A stretch of 46,993 nt of DNA from a virus. Taxonomy: Duplodnaviria; Heunggongvirae; Uroviricota; Caudoviricetes. Each line of letters opens with the position of its first letter. The first letter of the stretch is position 1. A model generated the notes under the pieces. That model worked only from the letters and a program-made list of their open reading frames with translations. It was not told the DNA's origin and made no database searches. The translations under genes were made by a program, and so were the position numbers. This document shows, piece by piece, positions 34,423 to 43,542 of this stretch. Where the stretch lies: the IMG/VR virus record IMGVR_UViG_2529293060_000009; one strand, given 5' to 3'.

Positions 34423-34521
34423 TAAATCAGGAAACAAGCTGTTATATGATAATAACTACGTTGCGATTCCAACATTTAAAATGTTAGACTAATGAAAATC
34501 AGACAGCAACTTTTCCTTTAA

Positions 34522-34899
34522 TTATTTCGAACAATCAGCATCCATCTCCAATCGGAGATCCAACACCATCAGCATGCCCTCCACTACGCCCTCAGCTTTC
34601 TGGAGCATCCTGCCAACCCAACAATCAGATCGCCCATGCTTACGTGCAAGCGCCATAAAAGTCATGCCGCCGACATAATAGTCCACCAATAAATCATGTA
34701 AATCGCTGTTGTTTTTTTTCAGGCGAGCCATACATTCACAAATGATCATCGCGTCATCGTCACAGCATTGCGGACGAGATCTTACTTTTGAAGGAATTAA
34801 TCCCTTAAAACCGGCGGCAATGGACGACCAGGTCACATCTTCATGATTATTAGCCGCCCATGCCCCCCAACGCTCAAGAACCATCTGAATATCACGCAT
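34522..34899 (-). CDS. Late-gene antiterminator Q (QuuD/phage-82 Q type)
   Basis: [33 protein letters not shown]...[19 protein letters not shown]... closely matches my recollection of DLP12 QuuD. Confidence 0.8.
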   Translation of the reverse strand: MRDIQMVLERWGAWAANNHEDVTWSSIAAGFKGLIPSKVRSRPQCCDDDAMIICECMARLKKNNSDLHDLLVDYYVGGMTFMALARKHGRSDCWVGRMLQKAEGVVEGMLMVLDLRLEMDADCSK

Positions 34900-34916
34900 C
34901 AACTTACTCCACAAAA

Positions 34917-35966
34917 TTAGGCCAGCACACCAATTGCCAGCGCGCGATCGATAAATCGAAAAATCAGCTCCAGTTGGGAGCCATACTTCTCTTCAAATGC
35001 CACGGTATCCGTATGCAACTCGTCGTGATGCTTTCTGCACAAAGGCAAAACAAAGAGATCATGTGCTTTGGTTCCCATTCCGCCCTGCCCGTGACCAATC
35101 AGATGATGCGGATCGTCGGCTGGCATACCGCAGCAAGCACACGGCTGTATCTTAACCCAGCGTGTGTATTTCTCCTTAACCCACCGGTGACGTTTAGGCA
35201 GCTTCATGAAAGATTCCGGAGACTCTGGATCAACGGTGATGCTTACCACCGTCTTTTCCTGTGATGGGTTTTGTTGCTGGTGGGCGTGAGGCAACGGTGC
35301 AAGATTTTTTGTGCGCTGTTTCAATATGCTGGTGGCGGTCTGCTCTCCCGGTACGATGTCGCTTTCGCGGTACACCGAGCAGATTTTTTCCGCTGGTAAT
35401 CCCAGCGAGCGACGTAATACCGCTTCCGGTAGCGCGTCCGCCAGCTGATTGCGGACCGCCCACCAGGATAATTCAGCCAGAGATAATTCACGCTCCTGCG
35501 TACCGCTTATTGCGTGACCGATGACGTCAATCATCCATGCTGACAGGTTTTGATGAGCAAGTTGCTCGAGTGATTCGGATGTCTGGTCACGCAGCTGGTT
35601 GTCGCAGTGCCAGCACAACACCATTGCGCCGGTACCATATCGGTGAATAACGGTTTCGCTGTGATGATAATCGCCGTGTGGCCACTGGCAGGATTTAATA
35701 TGGCGCAACAGCCAGTCAGACAATGCACCAGCACCACCAGCAGCACGAATTACCCGTGCGTTACTGAAAAACGGCAGCAATGTTTTGTCTTCCACCAGCG
35801 GCTGGCGAACGGCAGGAACGACCCCGGACGGCAGATTACGCATGCTTTTCGGTTCCGGCTCCACCAGTACCCGGGTATTGTGGAATACCGGCATGGATTC
35901 ACGGCCCGGCTTAACGACCACCAGCCCGAGTTCCGGTACCAGAACAGGTCGAAGTAATACCCGCAC
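34917..35966 (-). CDS. DUF968-type protein with C-terminal HNH-like Cys/His cluster (nin-region protein)
   Basis: C-terminal [21 protein letters not shown]...CRKHHDELH. Located immediately upstream of Q as in DLP12-like nin regions. True start may be internal. Confidence 0.55.
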   Translation of the reverse strand: MRVLLRPVLVPELGLVVVKPGRESMPVFHNTRVLVEPEPKSMRNLPSGVVPAVRQPLVEDKTLLPFFSNARVIRAAGGAGALSDWLLRHIKSCQWPHGDYHHSETVIHRYGTGAMVLCWHCDNQLRDQTSESLEQLAHQNLSAWMIDVIGHAISGTQERELSLAELSWWAVRNQLADALPEAVLRRSLGLPAEKICSVYRESDIVPGEQTATSILKQRTKNLAPLPHAHQQQNPSQEKTVVSITVDPESPESFMKLPKRHRWVKEKYTRWVKIQPCACCGMPADDPHHLIGHGQGGMGTKAHDLFVLPLCRKHHDELHTDTVAFEEKYGSQLELIFRFIDRALAIGVLA

Positions 35967-35967
35967 G

Positions 35968-36357
35968 TTACCTCCAGAGGCGTTGCTGGAATGTACGGGA
36001 CGGACGCGGTGGGCGTTCGGAGTAAGGCAATCTGACTGAGATTATCCAGTGACGGTAGTCGAGGCTAAGGGCTTTTTTAACCTCGTATCCGCGCCTGCGG
36101 TAACACTGAATTATCCATTCAGCCTGCTCTTCAGTGCATGGTGGATGCTGGAACCAGTCCGATTTGAATGCATGAAAACGCCGTCCGCACCTGCTGGCAA
36201 AGACGGCAGAATCATCAGAATTGTGTAATTTGGTATCGTGCGCCATCGGTTGTCTCTGCTGGCGCAGCAGGTGCCAGTTGTTCAGGCTGGCGTATAAAGT
36301 ATAAATAAACTGGTTCCAGTGTAAAGCCCCTACATTAATGGAATAAAAGTCAAACAA
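35968..36357 (-). CDS. Hypothetical nin-region protein
   Basis: ORF track only. Likely starts at internal Met (MAHDTKLHNSDDSAVF). Confidence 0.35.
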   Translation of the reverse strand: MFDFYSINVGALHWNQFIYTLYASLNNWHLLRQQRQPMAHDTKLHNSDDSAVFASRCGRRFHAFKSDWFQHPPCTEEQAEWIIQCYRRRGYEVKKALSLDYRHWIISVRLPYSERPPRPSRTFQQRLWR

Positions 36358-36609
36358 CAGATTGTTGGGATAAACACAACGCTTATTATTAAAAGCGATT
36401 AGATAAATTAAATTTTAATGTTATGCAATTTTACCAGATCACCATAACATCTCGTTTGAAACCACCAAAACAACAACCATATCAATTTTGATTATGTTAA
36501 AGTGAGTAAATATGGAAAACAACAAATCTGCACATTACGCTCCTTTTTTATCTGTGATACTTTTTGTTTTATGCTGTGTGTGGGCATTATTTTTATAAAA
36601 ATATTTACA

Positions 36610-36636
36610 GATAAAATAAACCCGCCGAAGCGGGTT
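36610..36636 (-). terminator. Rho-independent terminator of the hok transcript
   Basis: Plus strand aacccgccgaagcgggtt preceded by an A/T-rich run; on the minus strand the hairpin is followed by tttattttat. A second 9-bp stem (ggcgaggga/tccctcgcc, 36672..36693) lies between the hok stop and this terminator. Confidence 0.6.
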
Positions 36637-36704
36637 AAGTGCGGGTGCATTGAGGATGCCTGACACATCAGAGGTGGCGAGGGATTTCTCCCTCGCCTGG
36701 TCTC

Positions 36705-36860
36705 TTACTCCTCAGGTTCGTAAGCTGTGAAGACAGCGACCTCCGTCTGGCCGGTTCGGATTCGTACCTCGCAGAGGTCTTTCCTCGTTACCAGTGCCGT
36801 CACTATGACGGTTAAACAGATGACGATCAGGGCGATTAACATCGCCTTTTGCTGCTTCAT
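36705..36860 (-). CDS. hokD: Hok-family type I toxin (HokD/RelF)
   Basis: MKQQKAMLIALIVICLTVIVTALVTRKDLCEVRIRTGQTEVAVFTAYEPEE, identical by recollection to K-12 HokD. Confidence 0.85.
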   Translation of the reverse strand: MKQQKAMLIALIVICLTVIVTALVTRKDLCEVRIRTGQTEVAVFTAYEPEE

Positions 36861-37475
36861 AGCCTGCTTCTCCTTGCCTTTCGGCACGTAAGAGGCTAAC
36901 CTACATGTGTCTAGCATGAAATTGGCCTCAGATTAATGTTAAGCGTCTTGCAGGACGCGTAATGTTAACTGGGGCTTTTCTCTATCTGCCTTTGGTGTTC
37001 ATGCCTGAGGCAGATAGCCTCAAGCACCCGCAGCAATTCTACTTAACTCACGTCACCTCGCCAATATAAAATCAATCAGAAAGGCGATCCGTAAGAACAA
37101 CAGCAAGACAATAAATTGCCATTACAGCCGCAATAGCTAGCGCACATTTGAGAACCAGCACGACAACCTCCTGTATTGGACGTACACCAGTCCTGATAAA
37201 TATGAGGCTGTCTCATCATTGATTCAATATAACTATTGGGTATAGTTTCTGTGATTTTGTTCTGTAGAAATGGAACACAACAACCAGTCTCCACCAGCAC
37301 TTCTTTAAATACGCCAAGTCCGACGCAAGCTAACCTTCTAGTCCGCTTTGAGCGAACTGTGGAAGCTCGCAAATGTTGTTACATCTGATGAAGGCATTAC
37401 TCAAAGGAGGGGATAGTAGTCAACGTGGAGCAGGCCATGTTAGTATTTTTATACAATTCGACTAAGGGAAAAACA

Positions 37476-38345
37476 ATGAGGCTTTACATAATAGGAAATG
37501 GATTTGACATGCGTCATGGCTTACCAACAGGATACAAGCACTTTAAGTCGTATGTAGAAAAAAATGACCAAGATCTATATGACGCGATAGAAGAATACAT
37601 TCCTGCTGGGGACGAGTGGAATGAGTTAGAAAATGCTTTAGGTGAAATTGATTATGAGCTTATCCTTCAAAACAGTGAGATATTTTTGGCTTCATACAAT
37701 ACCGATGATTGGAGCGATGCTTATCATCACGATTACCAATATGAAGTAAATAAAATCACACAAATGCTGTCAGCTCGTTTGAAGGAGCAATTCGCTGATT
37801 GGGTTAAAGGGATTAACATAGCCGATGCTTACAATCCTAAGCAATACATCCCGCCCATACCAAGAGAAAGCATCTATTTTTCATTTAATTATACAAATAC
37901 CTTGCAGCAGATCTATGCCGTTCCAGACGAGCAAATCATACATATTCACGGCAATTGTAGTTACGATGACGATCTCATACTTGGTCATAGTTTTAGGGTG
38001 GAAAAGTCACTAAATCCATATATAGGACCGGATCAAGATACAAGAATAGCAGAGGCATACGACAGAATAAACGAATACTTCGGTAATACATTCAAGCCCA
38101 GCGAAGACATAATTAAAGAAGAAAACGTTTTTTTCTCATCGCTTAAAAATGTGGACGAGGTCATCGTTTTAGGCCACTCGCTCGCCGAAGTTGACGGTGA
38201 ATACTTTACTGAAATAAATAAAAGCATCCAAGAAAATGCTCGATGGATAGTTGCTTTATATAGAGGTGAGAAAAAATCAGGCAGTTTAGAAGATTATGGT
38301 ATCAGAGGCTCAAATATTTCTTACGTACAGTATGAAGATATCTGA
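37476..38345 (+). CDS. AbiH-like abortive-infection family protein (N-terminal IIGNGFD motif)
   Basis: 290-aa low-GC ORF beginning MRLYIIGNGFDMRHGLPTGYKHFKSY, the motif I associate with the Pfam AbiH family. Good RBS (aagggaaaaacaATG). First gene of a two-gene cassette on the opposite strand from its neighbours. Confidence 0.5.
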   Translation: MRLYIIGNGFDMRHGLPTGYKHFKSYVEKNDQDLYDAIEEYIPAGDEWNELENALGEIDYELILQNSEIFLASYNTDDWSDAYHHDYQYEVNKITQMLSARLKEQFADWVKGINIADAYNPKQYIPPIPRESIYFSFNYTNTLQQIYAVPDEQIIHIHGNCSYDDDLILGHSFRVEKSLNPYIGPDQDTRIAEAYDRINEYFGNTFKPSEDIIKEENVFFSSLKNVDEVIVLGHSLAEVDGEYFTEINKSIQENARWIVALYRGEKKSGSLEDYGIRGSNISYVQYEDI

Positions 38346-38428
38346 ATGAGACTTCATATTATAACTATAATTATGTAAAAAAGGCTGGTATTTTATACCT
38401 TGAGGAAAATAGATAAGAGGAATGAGGT

Positions 38429-39826
38429 TTGGTTATGATGAATTATACTGATGAGTCAACTTTTCTTGAAAAGTACAAACCGTTTAGGAAGTTTTGGACA
38501 ATTTTATCACCTCATTATGTATCTTTAATGCATGCACTTGCCAAAATGATAAGGGGAGGGAATCCAATTCAAGAACTACCTTCCAATGATGAGGATTTTC
38601 TTGCAGAGTATGAAACCTGTCTCAAAAATTGGAAAGACTCACAAAAAATCATATCTTTTGAGATTATTATTCGGCTGAGAGATATAAAAAGATTGGAAAC
38701 TGAAAAAAAAGAGCACCATCGAAACAAGGATAAAGAAAATAAAGAAAAGTGTATTGATGAAATAAGTTTAAAAAAATTTGAAATTCTTATTCTTCGCCGT
38801 TGTATTGACTCAATAATTTGGAGCATTCTTGATGAAGAACACTCTAGTTTGCGGCGTTTACCTATTAATGCAAGCAATGACAATCTATCAGAAGATAACA
38901 TAATTGATTCTATGGTCGCAGCCGATCTTATCAACCAGGACAAACACTCCGTAGCGATTGTCTCTGACATGAGCACATTTGTTCATGTGGGAGATTTAGT
39001 CACCTTTAATCTACTGGATGGCTTCCAGCTCGTGGAAGTTAAAACAGGTGAAAAGAATAATGAGCTTTATGAAGCTGCTGAATTTTCTGTTATCTCAGAA
39101 TGTCCGCACTTTGAAGAAAACTTCATTAACAATATGCCTGATAATGATGTTAAGCAATTTAATCGCATAAAAAGGCAAATCATTCGTGGCATGAATGTTC
39201 TGGAGGCGATTAATACTGGCGAGGGCTTTGACAACTTTCATCAGTCTAAAGTTAAAATCAATGAGATAGATCATCCGTCTGAATTTTATACCCACCGCTT
39301 AGTTAAAATGTGGGAGATTATTCGCGGAGGAAAAAATTGGGCAATTGATACTATTGATGAATGTTTGTTCTTAGGTATGTACCGTGATTCTGAAATGGGC
39401 TTTGTTGCCTTCAATGGATGGATGGATAGTCTCGGTATAAAAAGCCCTGTTGTGAATATAAATGATTCATTCTTTGACCCTTTGTCTCGACCATTTATGA
39501 GTTTGCATCTGCCAACTGAAATGCTCTCCGATCTCATGTCGGGACAAATAATCATCGTCATGTGTTTTGACAATGAACTTTTTTTTCACCGTGCTAACAA
39601 AACGTACCCGGGTTTATATCTCCTTAGCGATGCAGCAAGAACAAAGCAGCCATTAGAAAATATTCTTCGTGTTGGTTCACAAGGGATAGCTTCTTACGTA
39701 GATGGGAATACCAGCTTTTTAGGTAATGGTATTGAATCCCGTATCCTTTTCGATCAGCAACGACCCGACAACATTATTGAGTGGAGCTATGCTAGAAGCG
39801 ATCTCAAAAAGCAACATGAAGCATAA
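38429..39826 (+). CDS. Hypothetical 465-aa protein with a PD-(D/E)xK-like nuclease motif, partner of the AbiH-like gene
   Basis: Low-GC ORF 83 bp downstream of the AbiH-like gene, with RBS. Central segment ..SVAIVSDMSTFVHVGDLVTFNLLDGFQLVEVKTG.. fits the D...(D/E)xK pattern of restriction-type nucleases. Confidence 0.4.
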   Translation: MVMMNYTDESTFLEKYKPFRKFWTILSPHYVSLMHALAKMIRGGNPIQELPSNDEDFLAEYETCLKNWKDSQKIISFEIIIRLRDIKRLETEKKEHHRNKDKENKEKCIDEISLKKFEILILRRCIDSIIWSILDEEHSSLRRLPINASNDNLSEDNIIDSMVAADLINQDKHSVAIVSDMSTFVHVGDLVTFNLLDGFQLVEVKTGEKNNELYEAAEFSVISECPHFEENFINNMPDNDVKQFNRIKRQIIRGMNVLEAINTGEGFDNFHQSKVKINEIDHPSEFYTHRLVKMWEIIRGGKNWAIDTIDECLFLGMYRDSEMGFVAFNGWMDSLGIKSPVVNINDSFFDPLSRPFMSLHLPTEMLSDLMSGQIIIVMCFDNELFFHRANKTYPGLYLLSDAARTKQPLENILRVGSQGIASYVDGNTSFLGNGIESRILFDQQRPDNIIEWSYARSDLKKQHEA

Positions 39827-40088
39827 GCCGTTGGATGGGATTTCCCATGAATTGCCATGGATAATCTAGACACTTCGAGCCGTTGATAATGTTGATTTTC
39901 GTATTCTGTCGGTGGAGTATCCCGAAAGGTATAGAGCAAAACCTGGAGAAAACACACAGCATCCCATTTTAATCTTTAACTCTGACCTTCCATAATGTCC
40001 GCTGTTGGCACAAAGCGGACAACCACGCTAGCTCTACCCTGTGCCACAAAATGTCAATTTGCATCTGAACTAATGCACTTTAATCTCG

Positions 40089-40511
40089 TCACTTCAATAA
40101 ATACCGAACATCCCCCTGATAAAACGACAATATGCGCTGCATAACTTCGCTTTTACGACACTCAGTACAAATCATATTATGACGCCTGTCGTAACGACGT
40201 ATTCCTCCATCAGGTAATGACCAGATAAGGTCCGGATCAACCGCAGATGGTTTCTTCAGCTTTGCCCTTGAGAGCTTTTTACGGGCATTTTGCCAGTCCT
40301 TACGCGCCTGTTCAGACGGGAATAACCCGTAACCAGAGTTGTATACATCGCCACTGGCAACCAGCTCTCTGGCCAGAACGTTCATCATATATTTTGTTGC
40401 CCCAGTTTTAGTTTCCAGTTGTCTTAACGTCTCGCGCCCACTCTGGCGTACGAGTTCAACAACCTGCCCTTTAATTTTTTCCCGCTCTTCTTGTGTAAAA
40501 ACTTTTGCCAC
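40089..40511 (-). CDS. Hypothetical early-region protein (possible DNA-binding protein with C-terminal Cys pair)
   Basis: 140-aa basic ORF directly downstream of the replication initiator gene. Confidence 0.4.
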   Translation of the reverse strand: MAKVFTQEEREKIKGQVVELVRQSGRETLRQLETKTGATKYMMNVLARELVASGDVYNSGYGLFPSEQARKDWQNARKKLSRAKLKKPSAVDPDLIWSLPDGGIRRYDRRHNMICTECRKSEVMQRILSFYQGDVRYLLK

Positions 40512-40551
40512 AAGCCCTCCTGAAAATTACCTCATGACCAGAAATTAACAC

Positions 40552-41628
40552 TTACCCCCTGAAGCCCGGCGGAATTTCGTTATCCGGTTCAGAAATATGA
40601 TTCACACAACGCTGGTTGTTCGTGCCGCTTACCGGGAGCAACCAGGGGTTCTCAAAATTCCGGTCCGGTCCAAAAAACGTCGTCGCTCGCTGAACAAATT
40701 CCGTTCCCGTTTTCCCGGTAGCCGCCAAGTATCTTGCGTAACGCCTCACGCCATCCAGCATGGCCTCTGGTGGCACCCCCTCGCGTAATCTGGCCTTCCA
40801 GGCACTGAAAGCGGATTTCTTCGGGTTTGCTCCGGCACGCAACGGGTACTCCCGCCAGACCTGTTCGAACACATCCGGATAATCCACTCGTCCCACAGAC
40901 TGCCCGGTGTTTTCCGGGACTACCCGATCGGCTTCCCGCTGAATGGCGGAATCGGCTTCGGGCTGCTGCAGTTGGTGTGATTGCTCCGGCCTTGCGGTCA
41001 TCACCTGCTGCACAGCGCCCGAATCGGCTTTCAGCGCATACGCTGAATCGGCTTCCGGTGTCGTGCCTGCTGGCTGACCAAGATTGACGGTCTGAACATC
41101 CCCTGCCTGGTTCGTGGCGTTTTTTACGCCATGGACCATAGTGTTTTGATCTTCTTGATCTGTATCTTTATCTGTATCTTTATCTGTCGTGACTCGTCGT
41201 GACATGTGCGTGACATTTCGTGACGCGCCGTGACAATCGCCATTTTGTTCCCGCTTTCTTTCCCTCTCTCGCTGCGCCCTCTTGCGCTCTGCAGGAGATT
41301 TTGCGGTTTGCGAAATATTGCCGTTGTCCTCTTTAAGCACCTGGCGTTTTTCCCATCCAGTGATTAAATCACCATCAAGTACCCGCCCCTGCATCGTCTG
41401 CAAAATTGAATCAATCACCTCTTCTGTCACGTCGAGCGCACTTGCCAAATCTTCTGTCGTGACATCAATGTGACCTCGCGTGACATTTCGTGACGCGCTC
41501 ACCAAGAGGTGGATATACACTGCCATCACTGTTGCAATTGGCTGCCCTGACACCCTGGCAATTGTTCGCCACTTAGGGTCATTTGGCATGTCATGCCATA
41601 ATCTGAGCCAGGCGTTAGCCATACTCAC
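40552..41628 (-). CDS. Replication initiation protein (lambda O analog, YdaU-like) containing internal iteron arrays
   Basis: 358-aa ORF in the O position, downstream of the cro-like and ydaT-like genes. Two clusters of 10-11 bp phased cgtgac repeats lie inside the coding sequence. Confidence 0.6.
   Translation of the reverse strand: MSMANAWLRLWHDMPNDPKWRTIARVSGQPIATVMAVYIHLLVSASRNVTRGHIDVTTEDLASALDVTEEVIDSILQTMQGRVLDGDLITGWEKRQVLKEDNGNISQTAKSPAERKRAQRERERKREQNGDCHGASRNVTHMSRRVTTDKDTDKDTDQEDQNTMVHGVKNATNQAGDVQTVNLGQPAGTTPEADSAYALKADSGAVQQVMTARPEQSHQLQQPEADSAIQREADRVVPENTGQSVGRVDYPDVFEQVWREYPLRAGANPKKSAFSAWKARLREGVPPEAMLDGVRRYARYLAATGKTGTEFVQRATTFFGPDRNFENPWLLPVSGTNNQRCVNHISEPDNEIPPGFRG
41188..41234. 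repeat. Iteron cluster 1: five cgtgac repeats phased at 10-11 bp, preceded by a tandem atctgtatcttt duplication
   Basis: Seen directly: cgtgac at 41188, 41198, 41209, 41219 and 41229. Confidence 0.65.
41451..41493. repeat. Iteron cluster 2: four (c)gtgac repeats phased at 10-11 bp, containing a 21-bp exact copy of part of cluster 1
   Basis: gcgtgacatttcgtgacgcgc occurs at both 41207..41227 and 41473..41493. Confidence 0.65.
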
Positions 41629-41693
41629 CTCTTTTGATACCGAATCTTTTTACTCACAAATTGCCGGAAGTGATCCGGTATGAATATTGCGAG

Positions 41694-42119
41694 TCAATGC
41701 ACAGCCACAATATTTCCTGCAGGGCCACCACGATTCATCTGGTTGAAACCAGCGATCGCCACTGCGACAAAATCATCAGCGTCTCTCACCAGTCGTTCCC
41801 GCGTCTCCACTAGTTCCCGAAAATAGGCTGAGCTATGACTGCGCATTCGGGCCACCAGCAGAGGTGGCATTGCTTTTTCGATAGCTGGTAACAACGCCTG
41901 AATTTTTTTAACCGCATCAGGGGTGTCTTTCTCCACCCAGCGGAAAATTTTCTGAGTATTGCGAGCCAGGGCTTCCGGATGGCTGTCGTCATACAGTTCC
42001 GGGAACGTCATTCCCAGCTCGAAATACGCTTTGGTAATTTTCGCAGCCGGTACTTTTTCGCCGTCCGGATGCGCCCAGGCATTCATCGCCATGCGGATGT
42101 GTTCATGCTTGATTTTCAT
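41694..42119 (-). CDS. YdaT-like protein (Rac-type early gene)
   Basis: 141-aa ORF beginning MKIKHEHI, like my recollection of K-12 Rac YdaT (140 aa). Position cro-like, ydaT-like, replication gene. Confidence 0.55.
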   Translation of the reverse strand: MKIKHEHIRMAMNAWAHPDGEKVPAAKITKAYFELGMTFPELYDDSHPEALARNTQKIFRWVEKDTPDAVKKIQALLPAIEKAMPPLLVARMRSHSSAYFRELVETRERLVRDADDFVAVAIAGFNQMNRGGPAGNIVAVH

Positions 42120-42370
42120 GAATCAACTCCCATCAGCTTTTTCGTAGTAGTTTTATTCCTGCCAATAGTTAAAATTGCATCGGCAGAAAATAATCCGTTT
42201 GATGCAAGAGCGATTTTTTCAGCGTAATTTGTTTCGCCGGTATATTCTGTGCGAGGCAATTTTCCGTTATCCATCCATTTATAGATTGCTCTTTGGCTGA
42301 CACCACAAACGTCGGCCACAACAGCAACGCGAACAGTTTTGATTACATCTTCAAGTGTTTTCTGGTTCAT
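42116..42370 (-). CDS. Cro/YdaS/DicC-position small HTH regulator
   Basis: 84-aa protein from internal Met with a strong RBS (gagggtgat before ATG) and HTH segment (..VCGVSQRAIYKWMDNGKLP..). Divergent from the repressor gene. Confidence 0.65.
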   Translation of the reverse strand: MNQKTLEDVIKTVRVAVVADVCGVSQRAIYKWMDNGKLPRTEYTGETNYAEKIALASNGLFSADAILTIGRNKTTTKKLMGVDS

Positions 42371-42449
42371 ATCACCCTCACAATGTGAACTTTGAGTACA
42401 TGCCATAACAGAACTGACAGTACATTCAAGAGCGAATATCATTGAACTT

Positions 42450-42869
42450 ATGGTTCATGAAGATAAAGCGCGTAAAGAGTTCGCCAGTAGGCTTGCGCTA
42501 GCCTGTGAAAACGCTGGTTATGAACAACATGGAAGGCAGGCAGAAATTGCCCGTCGAATGAAATTAACACCAAAAGCGGTTAGCAAATGGTTTAATGGCG
42601 AAACAATTCCTCGCCGGGAGAAATTAAGGGAATTAGCAACACTAATAGGAACAACACCAACCTATCTTTTGGGAGAGGATACAGAAGAAAGTGGACAGGT
42701 ACGTTTCTATCAGGAGTTAAATCCAAGACAAAAAATCATCATTGACCTTCTGGACGAGCTCCCTGACAGTGAGACAGATGAACTTTTAAAAACTCTTGAA
42801 GAGAAAAAACAGAAGTACAATGCAATTTACGAAGAGTTAGCACGAAAGAAAAAACAAAAAGCCTCTTAA
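42450..42869 (+). CDS. Prophage repressor, XRE-family HTH (DicA/RacR-like)
   Basis: 139-aa ORF with N-terminal HTH (..QAEIARRMKLTPKAVSKWFNGETIP..) and Lys-rich C-terminus. Divergently transcribed from the cro-like gene and followed by the ydfA-dicF-dicB operon. Confidence 0.7.
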   Translation: MVHEDKARKEFASRLALACENAGYEQHGRQAEIARRMKLTPKAVSKWFNGETIPRREKLRELATLIGTTPTYLLGEDTEESGQVRFYQELNPRQKIIIDLLDELPDSETDELLKTLEEKKQKYNAIYEELARKKKQKAS

Positions 42870-43166
42870 ACCAGCATAAATCCGGTAGCGCCTTCCTCCG
42901 GGTTTGTGCTTCACATTATCCCATCTCATTTTTTTACACACAAAATGTACTAAAAGTACTTTACAACAATGAACGCAAAGTACATTATATGCCTGCCACC
43001 CACCCCGCCCCACAGAATGCAGGGCAATACTTCGAGTTACCAGGCAGTGGTCAGGGGTTAAGTAGCCAGCCCGAGGCGTAAGAACATGACGGCAGGGTTC
43101 AACTTTAATAACTATGCAGCAGGTTTTTGTTCCGCTACCCCGGCGTTAAGGGGAAATGAGGTCAGC

Positions 43167-43319
43167 ATGGATACTATCGATCTTGGCAACAGCGAATCTC
43201 CGGTATGTGGCGTGTTCCCCAACCAGGACGGTACGTTCACCGCGATGACATATACCAAAAGCAAAACGTTTAAAACCGAATCTGGCGCGCGTTGCTGGTT
43301 AGCCAGAAACACTGACTGA
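43167..43319 (+). CDS. ydfA: YdfA-like small protein
   Basis: 50-aa protein from internal Met with strong RBS (ggggaaatgagg). Position after the repressor matches ydfA in the K-12 dicB operon. Confidence 0.5.
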   Translation: MDTIDLGNSESPVCGVFPNQDGTFTAMTYTKSKTFKTESGARCWLARNTD

Positions 43320-43330
43320 TGAGGCTGACG

Positions 43331-43500
43331 ATGGAATTTAAAGATTTACCGTCTGATGTACAGAAAACAGCAGCTCATACATTGCATTCTGTGCTGCGAG
43401 AAATCGGGAAAGATATTGCAAGCGAGCCAGCAAAAGATCTGGCCCGGAAAATCAAGACCGCTTTCGTTGAGCTTTATAATGTTGGCACTGACTCTGAAAC
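43331..43500 (+). pseudogene. 5-prime part of a ydfB/ydfC-position gene interrupted by IS629 copy 2
   Basis: ORF MEFKDLPSDVQKTAAHTLHSVLREIGKDIASEPAKDLARKIKTAFVELYNVGTDSET runs straight into the IS left end. With the IS and one copy of the aac duplication removed, the frame continues to the stop at 45007..45009. Confidence 0.6.
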
Positions 43501-43542
43501 TGAACCGCCCCGGTTTTCCGGGAGAGTGTTTTATCTGTGAAC

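Noticed and set aside
41158-41494. Possible CRISPR array
   Set aside because: The phased cgtgac repeats are only 10-11 bp apart, have no spacers of CRISPR length, and lie inside a coding gene; they fit iterons instead. No CRISPR-like array exists elsewhere in the window.
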